Of a stretch of DNA of 64,000 bases, positions 37,563 to 47,472 are shown one piece after another; position 1 is the first letter of the stretch; each line of letters begins with the position of its first letter. This DNA is from Methanolinea sp. (lineage in GTDB: Archaea > Halobacteriota > Methanomicrobia > Methanomicrobiales > Methanospirillaceae), in the NCBI GenBank assembly GCA_030055515.1, contig JASFYI010000002.1:63290-127289 (forward strand), read 5' to 3'. The notes under the pieces were generated by a model. The model had not been told where the DNA came from. It saw only the letters and a program-made list of their open reading frames with translations, and searched no databases. The position numbers and the translations under genes were made by a program.

Positions 37563-38504
37563 ATGGACGCGTACGCTCTGGCGACGAGGAACACCGTGGA
37601 GGTGGTCACGACCGACGAGCTTGTCGCCCTCCTCGGGAAGGAGAGAAAGAGGGTGTATGCCGGGTACGAGCCGAGCGGGGAGATCCACCTCGGCCACCTC
37701 GTGACGGTCAACAAGCTCATGGACCTAAAGGAGGCCGGGTTCGAGGTCACGGTCCTCCTCGCCGACCTCCACGCGTTCCTCAACAGGAAGGGGACGATGG
37801 AGGAGGTGAGCGCACTCGCCGAGTACAACAGGAAGTGCTTCGAGGCGCTCGGCCTCTCGGGCGTCCGCTACGTGAAGGGCTCCGACATCCAGCTCGACCG
37901 GGACTACGAGCTCCTGGTCCTCCGCCTCTCCCAGCAGATCACGCTGAACAGGGCGACGCGGAGCATGGACGAGGTGGGCAGGCAGATGGACAACCCCACG
38001 GTCTCCCAGATGATCTACCCGATCATGCAGATGGTGGACATCGCGAGGCTCGGCGTGGACGCGGCCGTGGGGGGGATCGACCAGAGGAAGATCCACATGC
38101 TCGCGAGGGAGTACCTCCCGTCCGTCGGGTACCCCGCACCGGTCTGCATCCACACGCCCATCCTCTGCGGCCTCGACGGGAAGAAGATGTCGTCGTCGAG
38201 CCACAACTACATCTCGGTCGCGGATTCCGCCGACGCGATTGAGAAGAAGTGCAGCAAGGCATTCTGCCCGCCGGAGTGCGAGGGCAACCCCATCCTCCAG
38301 ATCATGCAGTACCACATCTTCCCGCGCGTCCCCCGCGTCGAGGTCCGCCGGCCTGAGAAGTTCGGCGGAGACCGGGAGTTCGAGAGCTACGCCGCCCTCG
38401 AGGAGGCGTACAGGAAGGGGGAGATCCACCCCCTCGACCTCAAGAAGACCGCTGCACGGTACCTCTCCGAGTTGCTCGCCGGGGTGCGGGACCGCATCGC
38501 GTAG
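37563..38504 (+). CDS. tyrS: Tyrosine--tRNA ligase
   Basis: YAGYEPSGEIHLGH, ADLHA, YPIMQ..D, GGIDQRKIH, KKMSSS, HPLDLK. Confidence 0.96.
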   Translation: MDAYALATRNTVEVVTTDELVALLGKERKRVYAGYEPSGEIHLGHLVTVNKLMDLKEAGFEVTVLLADLHAFLNRKGTMEEVSALAEYNRKCFEALGLSGVRYVKGSDIQLDRDYELLVLRLSQQITLNRATRSMDEVGRQMDNPTVSQMIYPIMQMVDIARLGVDAAVGGIDQRKIHMLAREYLPSVGYPAPVCIHTPILCGLDGKKMSSSSHNYISVADSADAIEKKCSKAFCPPECEGNPILQIMQYHIFPRVPRVEVRRPEKFGGDREFESYAALEEAYRKGEIHPLDLKKTAARYLSELLAGVRDRIA

Positions 38505-38524
38505 GCCGGGGGGGGGGTGCGCAC

Positions 38525-39331
38525 GTGAGCCTCGAGCGAATCCAGGACAGGTTCGACCGGAAGATCGCGGAACTCGGTGTCCGCGTCAAGGACGTCGACC
38601 AGCTGAAGGTGCGGGAGGACGTCTTTGACGAGATCACCCTGCTCTCCCTCTACCGCCTCGTCCACAAGGGCTGGCTCACCGCGATCGGGGGGTCCATCTC
38701 GACGGGGAAGGAGGCGAACGTCTTCTTCGGGGAGAGGGACGGGACCGACCTCGCGATCAAGATCTACCGGATTCGGACCGCGAATTTCAACGCGATGAGC
38801 GAGTACATCATCGGGGACAGGAGGTTTGCGGGGATACGCAGGACGCGCAAGGACATCGTCTTTGCGTGGACGAGGAAAGAGTACTCGAACCTCCTGCGGG
38901 CCCACGAGGCCGGTCTCTCCGTCCCGCGGCCGCTCGTGTGGGACAGGAACATCCTCGTCATGGAGTTCCTCGGGGAGGACGAGCGTCCCTACCCGCAGCT
39001 CCGCCTCGCGGACCTCGAGGATCCCGCGGGAGCATACCGGGAGATCCTCGACTTTATCCGCGTCCTCTACAGGGATGCAGGCCTCGTCCACGCAGACCTC
39101 TCCGAGTACAACATCCTCGCGGGCGACCGCCTCTACTTCATCGACATGGGCCAGGCAGTCACGCGGGATCATCCCCGGGCCCTGTCGTTCCTCGCCCGGG
39201 ACATCGCCCAAATCAACAGGTTTTTCCGCTCGAAGTGCCCTCTCCGTGATGAGAGGGAGATATTCTCCGAAGTGACCGGAATCGTGCCGCAAGGAGAGGG
39301 GGCCGGGGACGCGGAGGGGGGAGATGCATGA
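38525..39331 (+). CDS. rio1: RIO1 family kinase
   Basis: ISTGKEANVF, AIKIYR, W..KEY.NL, LVHADLSEYNIL, IDMGQAV. Confidence 0.95.
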   Translation: MSLERIQDRFDRKIAELGVRVKDVDQLKVREDVFDEITLLSLYRLVHKGWLTAIGGSISTGKEANVFFGERDGTDLAIKIYRIRTANFNAMSEYIIGDRRFAGIRRTRKDIVFAWTRKEYSNLLRAHEAGLSVPRPLVWDRNILVMEFLGEDERPYPQLRLADLEDPAGAYREILDFIRVLYRDAGLVHADLSEYNILAGDRLYFIDMGQAVTRDHPRALSFLARDIAQINRFFRSKCPLRDEREIFSEVTGIVPQGEGAGDAEGGDA

Positions 39332-39867
39332 TCCAGGAACTGAAGGTGGCCCAGAACCGCATCGGGGTCCTGATAGGGAAAGGGGGGCAGGTGAAGAGGG
39401 AACTCGAGGAGAAGACGGGGACCAGGATCCAGATCGACAGCCAGGAAGGGACCGTGACCGTGGAAGGGGAGGATGCCCTCCCCTTCCTCAGGGCAGTCGA
39501 GGTCATCAACGCGATCAACAGGGGATTCTCGCCCGAGAGGGCATTCTGCCTCCTCGAGGACGAGGACCTCCTCCTCGAGGTGATCGACCTCTCGGGTGTC
39601 GCGGACACCCCGCGCCAGCTCGACAGGATCAGGGGGAGGATCATCGGCCGCGACGGCAGGGCGAGGGAGCAGATAGAGCACATGACGGACACGAAGGTCT
39701 CGGTCTTCGGCAAGACGATCGCGCTCATCGGGCTGCCCGAGAACCTGAAGGTCGCCCGCACGGCAATCGACATGCTGATCGAGGGTGCACCGCACGAGGC
39801 AGTCTTTGCATACCTCGAGAAGAAGCGACAGGAATCGAGGCAGAACCTCGTCGATTACTACTACTGA
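39328..39867 (+). CDS. KH-domain rRNA processing protein (Dim2/Pno1)
   Basis: RIGVLIGKGG, AINRGFSPE, RIRGRIIGRDG, GAPHEAVF; follows rio1. Confidence 0.92.
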   Translation: MIQELKVAQNRIGVLIGKGGQVKRELEEKTGTRIQIDSQEGTVTVEGEDALPFLRAVEVINAINRGFSPERAFCLLEDEDLLLEVIDLSGVADTPRQLDRIRGRIIGRDGRAREQIEHMTDTKVSVFGKTIALIGLPENLKVARTAIDMLIEGAPHEAVFAYLEKKRQESRQNLVDYYY

Positions 39868-39920
39868 TGGGCAGGGAGACCGCCCCCCCCCCACGGGCTG
39901 CAGTGCGCGGCGCGGGAGCA

Positions 39921-40013
39921 TTTCCACTGGAGTGCAAGTCAGCGTTATACAGGGTGAATCGCGTGGGACTGGATTACATGGCATTCTTGGAGTGGAAATG
40001 AAGGGGTTCGCGA
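39921..40013. promoter_or_regulatory. Inverted pair of ORB-like elements upstream of hel308
   Basis: TTTCCACTGGAG at 39921-39932 and TTGGAGTGGAAATGAAGGGGTTCGCGA at 39987-40013, both closely matching the origin ORBs. Confidence 0.55.
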
Positions 40014-42190
40014 TGAGGGTAGGAGACCTCCCCATCCCCGGGTACCTCCGCGAGATCTACGCCCGCCGCGGTATCGACGAGCTCTATCCCCCCCAGGCGG
40101 AATGCATCAGGAAGGGTCTCCTCGAGGGGAGGAACATCCTCCTCTCCGTGCCCACCGCGAGCGGAAAGACGCTCGTCGCCGAGATAGCGATGCACCACCA
40201 CATCTCCCGCGGGGGAAAGTGCCTCTACATCGTCCCCCTGAAAGCCCTCGCGAGCGAGAAGTACGAGGAATTCTCGGGGAAGAATGTGAGGGTAGGGATC
40301 TCCACGGGGGACTTTGACCGGAGGGACGAGTACCTCGGGCGCAACGACATCATCGTGGCGACGAGCGAGAAAGTGGATTCACTCATCAGGAACAGGGCCC
40401 ACTGGATCCCCTCCGTCACCCTCCTCGTCGTCGACGAGGTCCACCTCATCGACGAGCCGCGCAGGGGCCCGACGCTCGAGATGGTCATCGCGAAGATGAG
40501 GGCAAAGAACGCGAATCTCCAGATCATCGCCCTCTCGGCGACTATCGGGAACCCCGGGACCCTCGCCGGATGGCTCGGCGCAGAGGTGGTGTCCGGCACG
40601 TGGCGGCCCGTCGAGCTACGGCAGGGTATCTACTGTGACGGCAGGATACGCTTTGGGGAAGGGTGCAGGGAAGTCCCCGCCGTTTCACGGAACGAGGACG
40701 TGAACCTCGTGCTCGACACGGTCTCCTCGGGGGGGCAGTGCCTCGTCTTCGTCTCCTCGCGCAGGAATGCCGAGGCATTCGCAAAGAGGGCGGCCAGCGC
40801 CCTGAAATGCGCGGATGCCGCCCTAGGCGCGCTCGGGGACCAGATAAAGGGTGCGGCGGCGACAGCCGACGAGGAAGTCCTCGCGAGCTGCGTCGCGAGG
40901 GGTGCTGCGTTCCACCACGCGGGCCTCTCCCGCGAGGCACGCGCGCTCGTCGAGGACGGGTTCAGGAGGGGGCTCATCAAGTGCATCGCGTGCACCCCGA
41001 CGCTCGCCGCGGGACTGAATCTCCCCGCGAGGCGCGTCATCGTCCGGGATTTCCGCAGGTACGAGGCCGGCCTCGGGATGGTCCCCATCCCCGCGCGCGA
41101 GTACCACCAGATGGCAGGCAGGGCGGGGAGACCGGGACTCGACCCCTACGGCGAGGCAATCCTCATCGCGGGCGACGAGGCAGAGGCAGGGCAGCTGAGG
41201 GAATACTACATTGAGTCCCCGCCGGAGAACGTGAACTCCCGGTGCGACAACGACTCCGTGCTCACGGCGCAGATCCTCTCGCTCGTCGCCTCGGGCTTTG
41301 CGCGGACACACGCCGACCTGTTGCAGTTCCTCTCCGGGACTTTCTACCACTACCAGCACGGGAAGAGACGCACGATGGGCGGCCTCGCAGAGAGGGCACT
41401 GCAATTCCTCGAGCGGGCGGGGATGATCACGAGGCTTGAAGACCACCTCGCCGCAACGGAGTATGGGAACCTCGTCTCCCTCCTCTACATCGACCCCCGC
41501 GGGGCGGAGGCGATCGTCTCGGGGATGTCCCGCGCGCGGGAATACTCGGACGTGGCCCTGCTCCAGCTCATCTGCACGACGCCGGATATGTTCTGCCTCT
41601 ACGTCGGCCAGAGGGACCTGCCCCCCCTCGAGAGGTACCTGCTCGAATCCGGGGACGACCTGTGGGCGACGCTCGAGCCCGGGGAAGAGGAGACCTTCTT
41701 TAGGGCCCTCAAGACTGCCCTCGTGCTCGAGGATTGGATAGAGGAAAAGCCCCTCGACCTCATCTGCGAGAGGTTCTCGATCGGGGCCGGCGATCTCCAC
41801 GCGCTCGTCGAGAGCAGCAACTGGCTCCTCCACGCCGCGGCGAGACTCTCTGCGCTCTACGCGCCGCGGTTCACGCGGGAGGTGCAGGTCCTCGAGACCC
41901 GCGTGAAGCACGGCGTGAAGCGCGAGCTCGTCCCCCTCGTCCAGGTACGCAACATCGGGAGGGTGAGGGCAAGGAGCCTCTACACCCACGGGATAAGGTC
42001 GCCGGAGGAGATCCTCGCCGCCGACCCGCGGGTCCTCGCGTCCATCCTCGGCCGGGGAGTTGCCCAGTCGGTCCTCCGTGAGCTCTCGGACGCCGGGCAG
42101 GGCAGGGAGGATGGCCCGGCGGAGGCCGGGGAGGCGGCCGGGGAATCCCCCGCGCAGTCCCGGCTCGATGCATTCCACGGGGGGACGTGA
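40013..42190 (+). CDS. hel308: ATP-dependent DNA helicase Hel308/Hjm
   Basis: LYPPQ, PTASGKT, DEVH, ALSAT, AFHHAGL, TPTLAAGLNLPA, QMAGRAGRPGLD, C-terminal HhH; start may be 39998. Confidence 0.95.
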   Translation: MRVGDLPIPGYLREIYARRGIDELYPPQAECIRKGLLEGRNILLSVPTASGKTLVAEIAMHHHISRGGKCLYIVPLKALASEKYEEFSGKNVRVGISTGDFDRRDEYLGRNDIIVATSEKVDSLIRNRAHWIPSVTLLVVDEVHLIDEPRRGPTLEMVIAKMRAKNANLQIIALSATIGNPGTLAGWLGAEVVSGTWRPVELRQGIYCDGRIRFGEGCREVPAVSRNEDVNLVLDTVSSGGQCLVFVSSRRNAEAFAKRAASALKCADAALGALGDQIKGAAATADEEVLASCVARGAAFHHAGLSREARALVEDGFRRGLIKCIACTPTLAAGLNLPARRVIVRDFRRYEAGLGMVPIPAREYHQMAGRAGRPGLDPYGEAILIAGDEAEAGQLREYYIESPPENVNSRCDNDSVLTAQILSLVASGFARTHADLLQFLSGTFYHYQHGKRRTMGGLAERALQFLERAGMITRLEDHLAATEYGNLVSLLYIDPRGAEAIVSGMSRAREYSDVALLQLICTTPDMFCLYVGQRDLPPLERYLLESGDDLWATLEPGEEETFFRALKTALVLEDWIEEKPLDLICERFSIGAGDLHALVESSNWLLHAAARLSALYAPRFTREVQVLETRVKHGVKRELVPLVQVRNIGRVRARSLYTHGIRSPEEILAADPRVLASILGRGVAQSVLRELSDAGQGREDGPAEAGEAAGESPAQSRLDAFHGGT

Positions 42191-42191
42191 C

Positions 42192-42713
42192 GTGGGAGAC
42201 GGGGGAGACTGCGTTGTCCGGCAGGTGAGGGTCCTCGTCCGGGACGTCGGCGAATTCCTCGATGCCGTGGGGGAGATCGCGAACCGCACGGGGACGCACA
42301 TCGTCTTCTTCGACGCGGACAAGGTGGCCGGGAGGGCCCACGTGGAATCTGCCCTCCGCCACGCATTCAGGGCGAGGGAGACAGGGTCGATGATCTCCTC
42401 GAGGGTCGAGGTGGAGGCCCTCCTCTACGCCGCAGGGACGCGCCAGATCGTCGAGGCGGTCAGGTTCGGGCTCCACGAGGGCGCAAACAGGGCATACCTC
42501 GCGCTCTGCCCCGGAAACGACGACGCGTGGCGGGAAATCGCGCCCCTCGTCTCCCCCGCCGACGACGAGGACTGGGATGCCCTCCCGCCGGAAAAGGTCG
42601 ATCTCCTCTGCACCCTCTTCTCGATCTCCCCCCGCGAGCTCGAGGTGTGCGGGGCCGGGAAGGTGAGAGAACTCGTCCTCGAGAGGGTGGCACTCCTCGA
42701 CGTGTACAAGTAG
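42192..42713 (+). CDS. cgi121: KEOPS complex subunit Cgi121
   Basis: FDADKVAGRAHV..A..HA.RA, E.LLYAAGTRQI..A...G, LVLERVALL; GTG start just after hel308. Confidence 0.88.
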   Translation: MGDGGDCVVRQVRVLVRDVGEFLDAVGEIANRTGTHIVFFDADKVAGRAHVESALRHAFRARETGSMISSRVEVEALLYAAGTRQIVEAVRFGLHEGANRAYLALCPGNDDAWREIAPLVSPADDEDWDALPPEKVDLLCTLFSISPRELEVCGAGKVRELVLERVALLDVYK

Positions 42714-42960
42714 GTCCCCGCCGGGGAACAGGGCAAGGTGCTCCTCCTCGCCGGCCCCGTCTCTCCGCCGTCCCGCGACAGGGGGACAGCCCCTTGGCCC
42801 CGCTGCCGCGCGGGAACGGTGCATGTCTCCGCGGTGAGGAGCCCCGCGATCTCCCTCTCCCGGTTGCCGCCCGGGAAAGGTACCGGCGAGGGCCTTTTCG
42901 TGCCGGCAAAAATACTTTCGCCCGGGCGGGGCACCCGGGCAGCCGGGGAACCGGGAGGAT

Positions 42961-43473
42961 TCAGCCGGGCTGGCCGCCCTCGCCCCTCCTGCGCGCGTGC
43001 GAGAGGAGGTGGCGGAGCTCGGGCAGGATGATCTCCCTCACGGCGAGTGTCACGGCAGCCGGTGAACCCGGGAGGCAGAAGACGACCCTCTCCCCGCACG
43101 TCCCGGCAAGGGCCCTCGAGAGGATCGCGGACGTCCCCACCTCCGCGGCGCTCTTCTGCCTGAAGAGCTCGCCGAAACCGTCGATGACCTTGTCGAGGAG
43201 CGGCGCGATTGCCTCGATTGTGCAGTCGTCGGGGGAGATCCCCGTTCCCCCGTTGAGGATGATGCAGTTGCAGTCGCCGATCGCGGCGTGGAATTCGCGC
43301 CTGATGGCAACGATGTCGTCCTTCACGATCGCGTAGTGGGCGACCGGGATGCCCTTTTCCGAGAGGAGCGAGAGGATCGCTCCCCCGCTCCTGTCCGTCT
43401 CGCGGGTCCGGGAACTGGAGACCGTGATCACCGCGGCCCTCGCATCCACCGGTCTTTCGTGTTCTCTCTTCAT
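42961..43473 (-). CDS. moaB: Molybdenum cofactor biosynthesis protein MoaB/MogA
   Basis: VITVSSSR...DRSG, VKDD, GGTGISPDDCTIEA, GFGELFR, ILSRA.AG, LPGSP. Confidence 0.92.
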   Translation of the reverse strand: MKREHERPVDARAAVITVSSSRTRETDRSGGAILSLLSEKGIPVAHYAIVKDDIVAIRREFHAAIGDCNCIILNGGTGISPDDCTIEAIAPLLDKVIDGFGELFRQKSAAEVGTSAILSRALAGTCGERVVFCLPGSPAAVTLAVREIILPELRHLLSHARRRGEGGQPG

Positions 43474-43637
43474 CGCTCACTGGATCGTCTCCCCGGATGG
43501 ATAAACGATTTTCCCCCTCCCCCTGCACGGCGCCCGCGTGCCCGGCCAGTTCTCCCCCCCCCGCATGCTGGGGAGATCCGCCCCACGGGGGTGGAGAGGC
43601 CATCGCCACCAAGCCAGTTTTGCCCTCCCCCTCGCGA

Positions 43638-43658
43638 ACCCCTTCGTTTCCACTGGAA
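43638..43658 (-). repeat. ORB element 1
   Basis: Reverse complement TTCCAGTGGAAACGAAGGGGT. Confidence 0.88.
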
Positions 43659-43709
43659 GGCAGCAGCCCCCGGTTCCCCCCGCGTGTGGTGCCCTCTCCG
43701 AGTGGAGAC

Positions 43710-43722
43710 TTCCAGTGGAAAC
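43710..43722 (+). repeat. ORB element 2 (no G-string)
   Basis: TTCCAGTGGAAAC, preceded by degenerate TCCGAGTGGAGAC. Confidence 0.75.
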
Positions 43723-43940
43723 CCGCCGCCGCGTCATTCCCCAACGAACGGTTCTCCTCGCTGGACTCAATTCCCGTGACCCCGCGGTGTGCACCGGTGA
43801 TTGGCCCGATGGCGATATCCTCCGCCCCGCGGGAATCGCCGGTGGTGCTCGGCCATTTGCTGAACGCACGTGTCTAAGAGGTGTATCGGTTCTGCACGGT
43901 GGTAGACGAGTGGGCGCGTTGCCCCGCTCCACGGGGCGGC

Positions 43941-43961
43941 ACCCCTTCGTTTCCACTGGAG
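43941..43961 (-). repeat. ORB element 3
   Basis: ACCCCTTCGTTTCCACTGGA identical over 20 bp to ORB 1. Confidence 0.88.
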
Positions 43962-44174
43962 ATGGGAACACGGGTCTCCCGCCAGTCGCCTGGGAATATT
44001 GGATACTATAGATGGTAGTACTCGGTGCAATGATTCCCACGGAGAACGGGTGGATCCTATGGGACCGCATGGCTCTGCCCATAAAATTTAGACAGGTTAT
44101 TATACCATGAAATTGTTAGCTCCCGCTGAATAGTTCACTGAAAATGAACTTCACGACGTGAAGTTCATCCCATT

Positions 44175-44195
44175 TTCCAGTGGAAACAAGGGGGT
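44175..44195 (+). repeat. ORB element 4
   Basis: TTCCAGTGGAAACAAGGGGGT, inverted relative to ORB 3 across the AT-rich region. Confidence 0.88.
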
Positions 44196-44364
44196 CTCCC
44201 CCCCGCGCATCCCGGTGGCCTCTGTGATCATGGGAGAATACCCGCGCTCGCGGGACAGAATGGCAAATGAACTGCATTTCCAGGGGAAAAGGGAAGTTTA
44301 TCACCGTTCCAAACAGGTGATTTTTTGAGGGTTGACGGGATATGATGATATCCCGGGGCATGGG

Positions 44365-45648
44365 ATGTCTGACGACGCGAGCGCACCACTGGGTCTTTTC
44401 AAGAAATACCTCGAGACAAACAGGATCTTCAAGAACCGCGAGGTCCTCCGGCACTCTTACCGGCCCCAGTTTCTCCCGCACAGGCGTCCCCAGATAGACC
44501 AGGTCGCCGCGATCCTCGCCCCCGCACTCCGGCACGAGACGCCCTCAAACATCCTCATCTACGGCAAGACGGGCACGGGCAAGACCGCCGTCGTCCGGTA
44601 CGTGGGGGCCGAGCTCGAGGCCGCCGGGGCGCACATGGGCACGGTCTGCAGGGTCGTCCACCTCAACTGCGAGGTCATCGACACCCAGTACAGGGTCCTC
44701 GCGCAGATCTCCAAGACGCTCCTTGGGGAGGACGAGACCGGGAGCGACAGGACGAGGCCCCACATCCCCATGACAGGGTGGCCGACGGACCAGGTCTACA
44801 CCGAGCTCAAGAACCAGCTTGAGAACATGGGGGGCGTCCTCGTGATCGTCCTCGACGAGATCGACAAGCTCGTCAAGAAGAGCGGCGACGAGACGCTCTA
44901 CAACCTCTCCCGGATCAACTCCGACCTGAAGAGGTCGAAGGTGAGCATGATAGGGATCTCAAACGACCTCTCCTTCAAGGACTTCCTCGACCCCCGCGTC
45001 CTCTCCTCGCTCTCCGAGGAGGAACTCGTCTTTCCCCCCTACAATGCCCCCCAGCTCTGCGACATCCTCACGCAGCGCGCGGAGATGGCGTTCAACGACG
45101 GGGTCCTCGATGAAGGCGTCATCCCCCTCTGCGCCGCGCTCGCCGCGCAGGAACACGGGGACGCGCGCAGGGCGCTTGACCTCCTGCGGGTCTCCGGCGA
45201 GATCGCCGAGAGGGAGGAGGCCGACAGGGTGACCGAGGCCCACGTGAAGATGGCGCAGGCAAAGATAGAGACGGACTCGATGCTCGAGTGCATCGCCACG
45301 CTCCCGATGCAGAGCAAGGTCGTGCTCTACGCGATGCTCCTCCTCGACCAGATGGGCCACACGATCTTCACGAGCGGCGAGGTGAGCAGGATCTACAAGG
45401 AGATCGCCCCCGAGCTCGACCTCGACGTCCTCACGCACCGGAGGATCACCGACCTCATCTCGGAGCTGAACATGCTCGGTGTCATCAACACCCGCGTGGT
45501 GAGCCGGGGGAGGTACGGGAGGACAAAGGAGATGTGGTTCGATACGAATACACGGAAACTGTGGGAAGTGATCACCTCGGATGCCCGCCTCGACGCCCAC
45601 CGGTTCACAAAGAAGAACATCCATTGGTCACAAAACCTCTTTAGGTGA
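44365..45648 (+). CDS. cdc6: Orc1/Cdc6 replication initiator
   Basis: IFKNREVL...Y.P..LPHR, YGKTGTGKT, VLDEID, DPRVLSSL, FPPYNA.QL, HGDARRALDLL, winged helix SRGRYGRT. Confidence 0.96.
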   Translation: MSDDASAPLGLFKKYLETNRIFKNREVLRHSYRPQFLPHRRPQIDQVAAILAPALRHETPSNILIYGKTGTGKTAVVRYVGAELEAAGAHMGTVCRVVHLNCEVIDTQYRVLAQISKTLLGEDETGSDRTRPHIPMTGWPTDQVYTELKNQLENMGGVLVIVLDEIDKLVKKSGDETLYNLSRINSDLKRSKVSMIGISNDLSFKDFLDPRVLSSLSEEELVFPPYNAPQLCDILTQRAEMAFNDGVLDEGVIPLCAALAAQEHGDARRALDLLRVSGEIAEREEADRVTEAHVKMAQAKIETDSMLECIATLPMQSKVVLYAMLLLDQMGHTIFTSGEVSRIYKEIAPELDLDVLTHRRITDLISELNMLGVINTRVVSRGRYGRTKEMWFDTNTRKLWEVITSDARLDAHRFTKKNIHWSQNLFR

Positions 45649-45655
45649 ACCACCC

Positions 45656-46147
45656 ATGGACGAGAAAGACCTCCTCCTCCTCCAGCTCCTCGAGGAGAAC
45701 AGCCGCCTGACCACCGAGGACCTCGCCGTCATGGCCGAGATGGCCCCGGAGGAGGTGGCGGCACGGGTCGAGAACCTCGAGAAGTCGGGGGTGATCCTGA
45801 GCTACACCGCGGTGATCGACTGGGAGAAGGCCGGGAACGGCGGGGTGTCTGCCATCATCGACCTGAAGGTGAACCCCGAGCGCGACTTCGGGTACGATCG
45901 GATCGCCCAGCGCATCGCCCGTTTCCGGCAGGTGCGGTCGCTTCGGCTCATCACGGGGGCGTACGACCTCCAGCTCATCGTGACGGGCAAGACCATGCAG
46001 GAGGTCGCCCGGTTCGTGTCCGAGTACATCGCCCCGATGGACAGGATCCGGGAGACCGCGACGCACATCATCATGAAGAGCTACAAGGAGAACGGCCGGA
46101 CCTTCTCCGGGAAGGAAGAGGGCGAACGCATCCCCTACTCCCTGTGA
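45656..46147 (+). CDS. Lrp/AsnC family transcriptional regulator
   Basis: MDEKD..LL.LLEENSR HTH, LEKSGVI..Y, ITGAYDL RAM domain. Confidence 0.92.
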   Translation: MDEKDLLLLQLLEENSRLTTEDLAVMAEMAPEEVAARVENLEKSGVILSYTAVIDWEKAGNGGVSAIIDLKVNPERDFGYDRIAQRIARFRQVRSLRLITGAYDLQLIVTGKTMQEVARFVSEYIAPMDRIRETATHIIMKSYKENGRTFSGKEEGERIPYSL

Positions 46148-46154
46148 GGCAACG

Positions 46155-47369
46155 ATGAGGGACTTTGTCTCGAGGAGGGCGAGGGAGATACCCCCTTCCG
46201 GGATCCGCAGGTTCTTTGACCTCGCCCTCACCATGGAGGAGGTCATCTCGCTCGGGGTGGGGGAACCCGACTTCTCCACGCCGTGGAACATCTGCGAGGC
46301 GAGCATCTACTCCATCGAGCAGGGGAACACGTCCTACACCCCGAACCGCGGGATAAAGCCGCTGCGCGAGGCGCTCTCGCGCTGGCTCGCGGACCACTAC
46401 CAGCTCTCGTACGACCCGGAGACCGAGATGATCATCACGACGGGCGTCTCGGAGGGACTCGACATCGCGATCAGGGCGGTCGTGGACCCGGGCGACGAGG
46501 TCCTCGTCGCGGAGCCCTGCTACGTCTCCTACTCCCCGTGCGTGACGCTCGCGGGGGGGCGCCCGGTTCCCGTCCCGTGCGTGGAGGAGGACGGGTTTAA
46601 ACTCAACCCTGACAGGCTCGTGGAGAAGGTCTCCGCGAAGAGCAAGGCCCTCGTGATGAACTTCCCGAATAACCCGACGGGCGCCGTGATGCGGAGGGAG
46701 GATCTCAAGGGTGTCGCGGACGTCGTCTGCGACCACGACCTCCTCCTCATCAGCGACGAGGTGTACTCCGAGCTCACGTACACCGGAACGCACGTCGCGG
46801 CGGCGACCGTGGGGGACCTCGCGGAGCGGACCATCACCCTGAACGGGTTCTCGAAGGCGTACGCGATGACGGGCTGGAGGATAGGCTACCTGTGCGCGCC
46901 GGAGCCCATCTGCGACGCTGCGCTGAAGATCCACCAGTACGTGATGCTCTGCGCCCCGGTCATGGGGCAGGTCGCCGCGCTCGAGGGGATACGGAGGGGA
47001 GAGGAGGAGAAGGACAGGATGGTCCGGGAGTACAGGGTGCGCAGGAACCTCTTCGTCGAGGGCCTCAACCGCATCGGCCTGCGGTGTCACCGCCCCGAGG
47101 GCGCATTCTACGCGTTCCCCTCGGTCGAGGATACCGGGCTCTCGGACCAGGAATTCGCCGAGCAGCTCCTGCTCGAGGAACACGTGGCAGTCGTCCCGGG
47201 CAACGTCTTTGGGACCGGCGGGGAAGGACACGTCCGGTGCGCGTACGCGGTCTCGCGCGAGAACCTCGCGCAGGCCCTCCAGCGGATGGAGAGGTTCGTC
47301 TCGGGGAGGGAGTGGGAGGCCCGCCCTCCCCTCGCCCGCGCGGCCGGCCGGGTGCCGGGCCGCCACTAG
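46155..47369 (+). CDS. Class I/II PLP-dependent aminotransferase
   Basis: [37 protein letters not shown]. Confidence 0.93.
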   Translation: MRDFVSRRAREIPPSGIRRFFDLALTMEEVISLGVGEPDFSTPWNICEASIYSIEQGNTSYTPNRGIKPLREALSRWLADHYQLSYDPETEMIITTGVSEGLDIAIRAVVDPGDEVLVAEPCYVSYSPCVTLAGGRPVPVPCVEEDGFKLNPDRLVEKVSAKSKALVMNFPNNPTGAVMRREDLKGVADVVCDHDLLLISDEVYSELTYTGTHVAAATVGDLAERTITLNGFSKAYAMTGWRIGYLCAPEPICDAALKIHQYVMLCAPVMGQVAALEGIRRGEEEKDRMVREYRVRRNLFVEGLNRIGLRCHRPEGAFYAFPSVEDTGLSDQEFAEQLLLEEHVAVVPGNVFGTGGEGHVRCAYAVSRENLAQALQRMERFVSGREWEARPPLARAAGRVPGRH

Positions 47370-47472
47370 GTGCGGTCGTCCCTGCACAGGGGAGAGGACC
47401 CCGCGGGCCGGGACCCGCGGGTCCACGATAGGATTTTATCCGGTCTCCGGGGTTATAGTACATGGTTGTACC

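Larger units (their letters stand above)
43638..44290. other. Probable chromosomal replication origin (ORB repeats plus AT-rich unwinding region)
   Basis: Long non-coding gap upstream of orc1/cdc6 with four TTCCAGTGGAAAC-type boxes and an AT-rich stretch at about 43990-44175. Confidence 0.88.

Noticed and set aside
42714..42960. GC-rich gap between cgi121 and moaB considered as ncRNA (SRP or RNase P)
   Set aside because: No conserved SRP or RNase P motifs recognised; an Infernal/Rfam scan would be needed.
43477..44082. Several ORFs across the origin region
   Set aside because: No motifs, atypical composition, and they overlap the ORB repeats; treated as non-coding.
43638..44195. Repeats considered as a CRISPR array
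   Set aside because: Mixed orientation, irregular spacing, ORB consensus, adjacent cdc6, no cas genes.
47411..47424. Perfect palindrome GGACCCGCGGGTCC, with a similar one at about 18030-18049
   Set aside because: Nearly all G/C in a high-GC genome and only two loose copies; cannot be separated from chance.
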